From the NCBI GenBank assembly GCA_044440125.1, contig JBITAJ010000011.1, forward strand, positions 32,001 to 96,000: a DNA stretch of 64,000 nt. The letters are read 5' to 3'. The position numbers were made by a program, and so were the translations under genes. Under the pieces are notes generated by a model. The model made no database searches and was not told the origin of the DNA. It worked only from the letters and a program-made list of their open reading frames with translations. Shown here piece after piece: positions 56,995 to 64,000 of this stretch; position 1 is the first letter of the stretch, and each line of letters begins with the position of its first letter. The stretch is from Sedimentisphaeraceae bacterium JB056. Its GTDB lineage: Bacteria > Planctomycetota > Phycisphaerae > Sedimentisphaerales > Sedimentisphaeraceae.

Positions 56995-57779
56995 CGGATT
57001 TTCGATTCCTGAAGCCGATGAACCTGCCGGAGTATAATTCTCTTGGGTATAAACGGTATAAATATCGTCATCAACTTCTGAGAAATAGACGGGACAGAAA
57101 CCACATTAAGCCTGCCCTTGAGCATTCCATTATAGCCATCTTCAGCAACCGTTCCTGCACTCGCCTTTTTAACAAAGGCAAGCGTATTTTTCATACCAGA
57201 CACCTCGCCAAACTCAGTCTCTGTAGGCCCGGGCAACAAAGCGGTAACAGTAACACCTGTACCCTTGAGCTCCTCAGCAAGAGCATTACTCAGTGAGGTA
57301 ACATAAGCTTTCGTAGCATAATAAACTGCCTGTATAGGTCCGGGAACCAAAGACGCGATTGAAGAGACATTCAGTATCCTGCCAGAGCCCCTCTGTATAA
57401 AATCTGGCAAAAATAGTCTTGTCAGCTTTGTAAGAGCAATCACATTAACCTTTATCATCGAAGCTTCGTCCTCGATATCTCTGTGGGCAAACCTGCCAAG
57501 ACCTCCGAAACCAGCATTATTTATCAGATAATCAATGCTCACACCCGCCGACTTAATCTCTGAATAAATTTCAGCCGGAGCATCAGGCTCACTCAAATCT
57601 TTAGCGATAACCATCACATTAACATGATACTTCTCTTCCAACTCAGCTTTGAGCTGCTCGAGTCGTTCCTTACGCCTCGCTGTTATCACAAGATCTCCGC
57701 CTCTTTCAGCATGAAGATACGCAAGTTCTCTGCCGATACCTGCAGAGGCTCCTGTTATAAGTGCTGTTTTCCTGCCCAT
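56991..57779 (-). CDS. Short-chain dehydrogenase/reductase (DltE-like)
   Basis: TALITGASAGIG, LINNAGFG, YYATK. Start moved to ATG 57779. Confidence 0.92.
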   Translation of the reverse strand: MGRKTALITGASAGIGRELAYLHAERGGDLVITARRKERLEQLKAELEEKYHVNVMVIAKDLSEPDAPAEIYSEIKSAGVSIDYLINNAGFGGLGRFAHRDIEDEASMIKVNVIALTKLTRLFLPDFIQRGSGRILNVSSIASLVPGPIQAVYYATKAYVTSLSNALAEELKGTGVTVTALLPGPTETEFGEVSGMKNTLAFVKKASAGTVAEDGYNGMLKGRLNVVSVPSISQKLMTIFIPFIPKRIILRQVHRLQESKIR

Positions 57780-57981
57780 TGTAAATATCCTTAAAACTTC
57801 TTTAATCCTGTAAAGCTCTTTGCATGCCAATTTTATCATCTATAAATCAGCATGTCAATTCAATACCAAAACAACCCAAAACTGATTGCCTGCCAAAATA
57901 TTCCTTGAAAACATTTTGCGGCAAGGGTATGATATCAGTATAGAAGTCTGAGTTTAATTTCGCTATTTATTGGAGGATATC

Positions 57982-58731
57982 ATGAATTTACAAACTAAAA
58001 GTGCAATAGTCACAGGTGCCTCAAGAGGCATTGGCCTATGTATAGCTAAAACTCTACTCAAAGAAGGTTATAAGGTTGTAATAGCTGATACTCAACCTCT
58101 TAGCGACAGATCAAAAAGCCTGCTTCTTGAATTTGAAGAAAATTACAATTTCATAAAAACCGATGTATCTGATGAAATGTCGGTGATAGCAATGAGTGAA
58201 TTTGTGAGAAATAACACCGATTCACTTACTTTGCTTGTAAACAACGCGGCAAGAGGCTTTAAATGTCCTCCCGGAAAACTTCCATATCTTCAATGGCAGC
58301 GTGTCATAGGAACAAACCTTACAGGAACTTTTCTCTGCTCGAAACATTGCACTGCCGAATTGAAGAAAAATCAGGGATCAATTATAAACATTGCCTCTAC
58401 AAGAGCATTTATGTCTGAACCGGATACAGAGGCCTACTCTGCATCAAAAGCCGGCATCATAGGCCTTACCCACTCGATGGCAGTCAGCCTTGGGCCATCT
58501 GTCAGAGTGAACTGCATCAGCCCCGGCTGGATTGACACCTCGGAATATCTCGACAAAGCACCAGAACAACTCACAAAAGAAGATCATCATCAACACCCAT
58601 GCGGAAGAGTAGGCAAGCCGGAGGATATCGCCCAGATGATAGTTTATCTAAGTTCAGAAAAAGCAAAATTCATTACAGGCCAAAACTTTACTATTGACGG
58701 CGGCATGACAAAGAAGATGATATATGTTTAA
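57982..58731 (+). CDS. Short-chain dehydrogenase/reductase
   Basis: IVTGASRGIG, LVNNA, YSASKAG, VNCISPGWI, ITGQNFTIDGG; GGAGG SD before ATG 57982. Confidence 0.93.
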   Translation: MNLQTKSAIVTGASRGIGLCIAKTLLKEGYKVVIADTQPLSDRSKSLLLEFEENYNFIKTDVSDEMSVIAMSEFVRNNTDSLTLLVNNAARGFKCPPGKLPYLQWQRVIGTNLTGTFLCSKHCTAELKKNQGSIINIASTRAFMSEPDTEAYSASKAGIIGLTHSMAVSLGPSVRVNCISPGWIDTSEYLDKAPEQLTKEDHHQHPCGRVGKPEDIAQMIVYLSSEKAKFITGQNFTIDGGMTKKMIYV

Positions 58732-58763
58732 ACATATAAGAATCCAATGAAAGGATAATTGAA

Positions 58764-59336
58764 ATGCAGCGTTTGGTAAATTATTTTCTGAAAGGTCTGC
58801 TCGTATTCGTACCGGCGGCACTTACTGTTTTTGCAATAGTATTCGTATTCACAAAACTTGACAGTCTTTTCGGTCTTCCAATTCCAGGAGCAGGCTTGAT
58901 AATCACTTTGGCTGTAATAACTTTCGTCGGATTTCTTGCATCAAATTACATAGGGGCTAAATTCTTTGACCTTATAGAAAGAATCCTTACAAGGCTCCCA
59001 CTGGTCAAAATGCTTTATTCAGCAGCTAAAGATTTCACGGAAGCTTTCGCTGGAGAGAAGAAAGGCTTTGATAAGCCGGTCGCTGTTGAGCTTGTGGAAG
59101 GCGGGCCAACTGCAATAGGTTTCATTACACGTGAAGACCTTGATTTTCTTGAGATGCCGGGAAAAGTAGCCGTCTACTTCCCTCAATCATACAACTTTGC
59201 CGGATCGGTCCTGATCTTTGACACCGAGCGGGTTAGAAGGCTTGACATGGACAGCCCTGACATAATGACCTTTGTTGTATCAGGAGGTGTTTCAGGCAAC
59301 CATAATAAAATAGAAAAACCTGAAAATTTGAAATAA
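58764..59336 (+). CDS. DUF502 family membrane protein
   Basis: YFLKGLLVFVP, LPLVKMLYS..KDF, VAVYFPQSYNFAG, FVVSGGV. Confidence 0.88.
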   Translation: MQRLVNYFLKGLLVFVPAALTVFAIVFVFTKLDSLFGLPIPGAGLIITLAVITFVGFLASNYIGAKFFDLIERILTRLPLVKMLYSAAKDFTEAFAGEKKGFDKPVAVELVEGGPTAIGFITREDLDFLEMPGKVAVYFPQSYNFAGSVLIFDTERVRRLDMDSPDIMTFVVSGGVSGNHNKIEKPENLK

Positions 59337-59345
59337 CAGAATCAA

Positions 59346-60758
59346 TCAACAGCCTATCGAATCAGTAAGCTGTTTTAGAATGGTGTTTATATTCTCACTG
59401 CGGCTTATGCCCTGAACTTTCCAAGTCGCCTGGTTATCCTTATCGACAAGAGTTTTGATTTTTTTGCAGGCAAGTATCACAGTAGCATGATTTTTGCCGC
59501 CAAAGGCCTTGCCTATCTCAGGAAGCGACATGCTTGTATTCTCCCTAAGAAGATACATCGCTACCGATCGAGCCAGACTGACAGTACGATCCTTCTTTGA
59601 AGACTTGATATCTTTCGCGGTAATAGAAAAAAATGCTGTAACAGATGATATTACGCTTTCACTATTAACTACCGGCGCTGAACTTTGGACAGACTGGCCA
59701 AGCAGATACTGGGCAACCGCTATAGATAATTTCTCACCAGTAAGCATCACGTGAGCATTGAGCTTCATCAGAGCTCCTTCAAGATCACGCACGCTCTTGG
59801 TTACATTATGAGCCACATACTCAACTATCTCATTGCTTATGGTTATCCCCATATCAGTCAATTTTTGTTCACATATGCGAAGTCTTGTCTCGTAATCAGG
59901 AGCATCTATCTTTATAACCATACCAGATACAAAACGGTTGACAAGATTATCCGCAAGCTCGGCAATCATTGTAGGATGAGCGTCTGAGGCTAATACAACC
60001 TGCTTATCAGCCAAATCAATAGTATTGAATGTATGGAGAAATTCTTCCTGCGTAGAAGGCTTCTTTGCAAGAAAATGGATATCATCTATCGCAAGGATAT
60101 CGACATTCCTGTATTTCTTCCTGAAGCTGTCCATATTGGAACTCTTCAAAGCGTTGAGATATTCGTTAGTAAATTCCTCTGCAGAAACATAAACACAAAC
60201 AGCGCCAGGTCTGTTCTTAATCGCCTGATTGCAGACAGCCTGAAGCAAGTGCGTTTTGCCTACACCATATGTACCATAGAAAAATAGCGGGTTATAAACC
60301 TTACCGGGAGTCTCTGAAACAATCTTGGCGGCATTGTAGGCCATTTTGTTTTGATTGCCGACAATGAAAGTGTCAAGCGTATGCTTATAGCTTCTCTTGC
60401 TTGGTTTCTGATAGGAGGCTGTTGGTTCATCAATAACAACAGGAGCAGCAACAGGCATCATACGCCTTTTAGGCCTTACTGCCTCCGGCTTTGATGGGGT
60501 TTCACTTTTGGCATTACTGCTGTCAAAAGAAACTCGAACCTGTGAACCTGATACTGCCTTGGCACACTCATTGATATCGGAATAGAAGTTTTTCTTCAGC
60601 AAGCCGCTTACGAACGAATTGGGAGCAACAACTCTAAGAAGATCATTTTCGATACTGAACTCTGAATTTGAAAACCAGACCTCATACTTCTTCTGACCAA
60701 CACGTTGACGCAATTCGTTCTTCAACAATTTGATGTCACTGATGACATTAGCTTGCAA
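59346..60758 (-). CDS. dnaA: Chromosomal replication initiator DnaA
   Basis: YNPLFFYGTYGVGKTHLL Walker A, LAIDDIHFL, QEEFLHTFN, SVRDLEGA, domain IV ARSVAMYL..SLPEIGKAFGGKNHATV; TTG start. Confidence 0.97.
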   Translation of the reverse strand: MQANVISDIKLLKNELRQRVGQKKYEVWFSNSEFSIENDLLRVVAPNSFVSGLLKKNFYSDINECAKAVSGSQVRVSFDSSNAKSETPSKPEAVRPKRRMMPVAAPVVIDEPTASYQKPSKRSYKHTLDTFIVGNQNKMAYNAAKIVSETPGKVYNPLFFYGTYGVGKTHLLQAVCNQAIKNRPGAVCVYVSAEEFTNEYLNALKSSNMDSFRKKYRNVDILAIDDIHFLAKKPSTQEEFLHTFNTIDLADKQVVLASDAHPTMIAELADNLVNRFVSGMVIKIDAPDYETRLRICEQKLTDMGITISNEIVEYVAHNVTKSVRDLEGALMKLNAHVMLTGEKLSIAVAQYLLGQSVQSSAPVVNSESVISSVTAFFSITAKDIKSSKKDRTVSLARSVAMYLLRENTSMSLPEIGKAFGGKNHATVILACKKIKTLVDKDNQATWKVQGISRSENINTILKQLTDSIGC

Positions 60759-60888
60759 TTTAATACCCTTCTTAACGCAAAAGTTGTAAATCTTGAAACT
60801 CTAACCATGTGCTCTGATACCAGAGCGATAACGCAAGTTAAATCATATCCCTAACAGAATTCTAATCAATAGCGTTTTTGCGATTTTC

Positions 60889-61214
60889 TTATCCACACGA
60901 TAGAGGTAACGGATAATAAGGGGTTTGCGCGCGAAAAAAAACTTTTGTTCACTGCTTTTACACATCGTAAACCCCCAATGTGGATAACTCGTGGATTAAA
61001 GGTTTGCTAAAAGTAGTTTTTAGAGCTGTAGTAACTACCTTAAACGCGCAAGCTCGGAAACATAACCACCGTCCAAACCAAAACTTACGTCACTTGGAAG
61101 GGTCAATTCCGACTCTTTCAACCGAAAACAATCTAAGTTTTTCAAAAGCCTGTGCAAAACCTGTGCATTTTCTCTTTCATCAATGCTGCAAGTGCTATAA
61201 AATATTTGTTCACA
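60889..61214. promoter_or_regulatory. Cluster of DnaA boxes upstream of dnaA (autoregulatory region and/or oriC candidate)
   Basis: TTATCCACA 60889-60897, TTTTACACA 60956-60964, TGTGGATAA 60979-60987, TGTGCAAAA 61151-61159, plus 1-2-mismatch boxes at 60945, 60990 and 61206. Confidence 0.75.
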
Positions 61215-62396
61215 AGACTTAAGCTCTGCGGCACATTTGTAGAGCAAATTTAGTCCTATATCAGCCAACTGAGATACGGACTGCTGAGTAACTCTATATC
61301 TGGCTTCCAGTCGTTTCGCCAAAACACCTGTGTTGGAACATGGAGCATCAATCAATACCGAATTGATACGTGGTAAACCTGCGGCATATTTAAATATATC
61401 ATCATACTCAACGATCTCAATATTCTCAAGCTTCAATCGTGATGCATTCTCTCTGACAAGATCAAGCCGCTTACTGTTTATATCTGTAGCAATGACTTTG
61501 CCCGTACCCATAAGCAGTTCAGCAATATGAGTGGTCTTGGTACCCGGTGCAGCACACAGGTCAACCACGACATCACCGGCCTTGGGAGCCATGAACCTTG
61601 CGACCTTTGCCGCAGTCTTGTCCTGAACGCAGAAAAGCCCCTCATTATATCCAGGCAAAGAATGAACATTCTCTGATTTACCAAAATTCTCGATAACAAT
61701 AAGCCCATCATCAGTAACAGTGCTTTTAACACCCGCTGACTCAAACAGTATACAAAGCTCAGATGCGGTTGTTATTGTTGAATTAGGACGAATATAGATT
61801 GATGGAACACGATTGGAGGCAGAACATATATTAAAGGCCTCATCAGCCCCATAGCTTTTAATCCAATCTTTGACAAGCCACCTGGGAAATGAAAACATAC
61901 AGTTCAAATAGCCTGCAAGGTCATACGCAGGATCAGGAGCTACATCTTTCTTTAACTCACACCCCCTGCCCTTTGTGGTCGGAATGATAGACTTGCTCAA
62001 AGAATAATGTTTGTCACGATCTATGATGTGCCTCTGAATATTCCTCAACACCGCATTGACAAAACCCCGCTTATGCTTATTCTTGAATGGAGAGACCGCT
62101 TCATTTATCACCGCATACAAAGGAGTTTGCGGCTTATAGACCATCTCATATACGGCCACACGCAGGCAATTCATAACCTGCTTGTCTACCCTGTTTTCTT
62201 TGACTCCGGCAATCTCTTTAAGTATGGCATCAATTGCAAAACGATTTCTCAGAACACCGCTGGTGTAATCAAGAACAGCCGCCCTGTTGCCAATATTGCT
62301 TCTGCCTATAACCTCTGCGATATTTTCCGTTGAAGGATCAAATCCGCTAAGAAGGTTTGCTGAAAATAAACGTGTTTTTTCGACTTGCTTAGACAT
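61035..62396 (-). CDS. rsmB: 16S rRNA m5C967 methyltransferase RsmB/Sun (NusB-like N-terminal domain)
   Basis: AVINEAV..GFVNAVLRN, VQD, DLCAAPGTKT, DAPCSNTGV, YSTCS; def-fmt-rsmB order. Confidence 0.92.
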   Translation of the reverse strand: MSKQVEKTRLFSANLLSGFDPSTENIAEVIGRSNIGNRAAVLDYTSGVLRNRFAIDAILKEIAGVKENRVDKQVMNCLRVAVYEMVYKPQTPLYAVINEAVSPFKNKHKRGFVNAVLRNIQRHIIDRDKHYSLSKSIIPTTKGRGCELKKDVAPDPAYDLAGYLNCMFSFPRWLVKDWIKSYGADEAFNICSASNRVPSIYIRPNSTITTASELCILFESAGVKSTVTDDGLIVIENFGKSENVHSLPGYNEGLFCVQDKTAAKVARFMAPKAGDVVVDLCAAPGTKTTHIAELLMGTGKVIATDINSKRLDLVRENASRLKLENIEIVEYDDIFKYAAGLPRINSVLIDAPCSNTGVLAKRLEARYRVTQQSVSQLADIGLNLLYKCAAELKSCEQIFYSTCSIDERENAQVLHRLLKNLDCFRLKESELTLPSDVSFGLDGGYVSELARLR

Positions 62397-63351
62397 TATC
62401 CGGCTCTACGCTCATAAAAAGGTCGTGAGGTCCAGAACACCGGCCATTCTCAAAATCAGCAAAATCCATCAGGTGACTGTTCGCGGGTTTCAAACGCAAT
62501 ATCTTCAACGCCCCTTCTCCACAAACAACATTCATATTCTCATCAAAACGGCCCACCGCCTCCGGTGCATTCTCGCTTCTTTCAACAGCAACAGCTTCCG
62601 CTATCGTAATCTGTACACATTTTCCCGTCTGACCAATAACATATTCAGTTTTAACACCAGGCCAAGGCCACAGTCCTCTGACCTTGTTCGCTATATTCTT
62701 GGCAGTGTTGTTCCAATCGATAAAACCGTCTTTCTTTTTGAGTTTCCTGGCAAATGTAACCTTACTCTCATCCTGCGTCTCAAATACAGCCGTTCCATTG
62801 CCTATCTTCTCGATTGTATCAAGAAGCAGCGGCGGGCTTATGATAGCCAGCTTATCGTGAAGTGTTTTGGCATTCTCATCATCACGAATCTCAACTTCAG
62901 CCTTGCCAAGCATGAAACCGGCATCCATTTTTTCTGCAAGTGTTATTATCGTAACACCAGAATGGGTCTTGCCGTCAATTATTGCCCAGTTTATAGGTGC
63001 CGCTCCGCGATAATCCGGCAAGAGCGATGCATGGACATTGATGGCTTCATATTTTGCGGACTTGATAAATTCCTGCCCTATCTTCTGTCCAAATGCTATT
63101 ACAACAGAAAGATCAGGCTTAATTTCATTCATAAGTTCGATTATTTCAGGAGCGTTTATGCATTCGGCCTCACTGCATGGCAAATCATTATCCGCAGCCC
63201 ATTGAGCAACCGCGGTAGGACGAAGAGCCCTTCCTCGACCTGCACGATGCGCAGGCTGGGTGATTACATGAGCAAGCTGATGCTCGGAGCTTTTAATAGC
63301 TTCCAGCGATGGAATACCGAATGGACTGGAACCGCAATACACTATCTTCAT
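62389..63351 (-). CDS. fmt: Methionyl-tRNA formyltransferase
   Basis: VITQP..AGRG, INVHASLLPDYRGAAPINWAI, MDAG, RGLWPWPG. Confidence 0.96.
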   Translation of the reverse strand: MKIVYCGSSPFGIPSLEAIKSSEHQLAHVITQPAHRAGRGRALRPTAVAQWAADNDLPCSEAECINAPEIIELMNEIKPDLSVVIAFGQKIGQEFIKSAKYEAINVHASLLPDYRGAAPINWAIIDGKTHSGVTIITLAEKMDAGFMLGKAEVEIRDDENAKTLHDKLAIISPPLLLDTIEKIGNGTAVFETQDESKVTFARKLKKKDGFIDWNNTAKNIANKVRGLWPWPGVKTEYVIGQTGKCVQITIAEAVAVERSENAPEAVGRFDENMNVVCGEGALKILRLKPANSHLMDFADFENGRCSGPHDLFMSVEPDNV

Positions 63352-63430
63352 AGAGACTTATCCATAAACAAATTAAACTTACAACTCTGATACAGTATCA
63401 TTTATATGTATCAGATTCCTGAAAAACTTA

Positions 63431-63462
63431 AAAATGACAGGTTTTAAAAAACCGGTCATTTT
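63431..63462 (-). terminator. Hairpin between def and fmt
   Basis: AAAATGAC-A-GGTT...AACC-G-GTCATTTT inverted repeat. Confidence 0.4.
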
Positions 63463-63533
63463 ATCTTTATCTTAACAACATTACTCCAACTCCGGTCAAA
63501 TAATGTTCAACCTTCCGCAAAAACACAAGGAAC

Positions 63534-64000
63534 TCAGCCAGCCTGAGAGCTTTTATAGTCTTCTATAAGAGCCTCTACCGCACGGCGATGCTTGATCTTT
63601 GCTATAGTCGTCATCTTATCAACTATCGTCTTGCCTTCAAGATGGTCGTATTCATGCTGAATACATCTTGCAAGAAGCTCATCAGCTTCTATAACAAATT
63701 CCTTACCATCAAGACCCAATGCCTTGACAGTAACCTTTGAGGGCCTCTTAATATTAGTATAAATACCCGGTACAGACAAACATCCCTCCTGCCCGGCCTC
63801 AATCGACCCGTAAGTCTTGATCTCAGGGTTTATAAATACAATAGCATCTTCAGCATTGCCCTCAAGGCTTATAACGAACATTCTCAAACTCACATTAGCC
63901 TGAGGAGCCGCAAGACCAATGCCGTTTTCCTCGATCATCATATCGATCATCTTCTCGGCAAGCTCTACGATACTTTCGTCAATTTTCTCTACAGGCAAAG
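63534..64000 (-). CDS. def: Peptide deformylase (5'-truncated by the window edge)
   Basis: GIGLAAPQ, EGCLSVP, QHEYDHLEG motifs. Confidence 0.96.
   Translation of the reverse strand, partial: LPVEKIDESIVELAEKMIDMMIEENGIGLAAPQANVSLRMFVISLEGNAEDAIVFINPEIKTYGSIEAGQEGCLSVPGIYTNIKRPSKVTVKALGLDGKEFVIEADELLARCIQHEYDHLEGKTIVDKMTTIAKIKHRRAVEALIEDYKSSQAG

Noticed and set aside
62287..63390. 367-aa plus-strand ORF
   Set aside because: Antisense to fmt; no motifs.

Overview
Bacterial chromosome segment, most consistent with a planctomycete of the Phycisphaerae/Sedimentisphaerales type. This is inferred from prepilin/H-Xn-DG proteins, '...LAxNWL' dockerin-like tails, a PEP-CTERM protein and many sulfatases. 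Left to right: (i) 1-6.3 kb: a membrane protein, an SGLT-like Na+/solute symporter, an AraC regulator, zupT and a HAD hydrolase. (ii) 6.3-13.0 kb: an AT-rich surface-glycan cassette (Wzx flippase, two alkaline-phosphatase-superfamily enzymes, a GT4, two methyltransferases). (iii) A solitary prepilin-type gene and tmRNA (ssrA, 14992-15348). (iv) 15.5-45.3 kb: a ~30 kb, 18-gene, all-minus-strand sulfated-polysaccharide utilization locus next to the tmRNA 3' end. It has a LacI regulator, a prepilin-type protein, split-dockerin proteins, four paralogous beta-propeller proteins with PL24/PL25-like His/His/Tyr/Arg motifs, four Cys-type sulfatases, a symporter, DUF1961, a GHL6-like glycosidase, a URO-D-family protein and a 2-hydroxyacid dehydrogenase, but no SusC/SusD or TonB receptor. 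(v) A PEP-CTERM protein plus a 3198-aa surface protein with thrombospondin-C, Ig and dockerin-like modules. (vi) A deletion scar (Fe-ADH start fused to an AraC tail), DUF4186, two SDRs and DUF502. (vii) dnaA with upstream DnaA boxes, rsmB, fmt and a partial def. The most notable candidate system is the SusCD-less pilin/dockerin glycan locus, with its putative new lyase family and visible domain shuffling, including a circularly permuted repeat insertion. All family assignments come from motif recognition by eye; no database searches or GC calculations were run.
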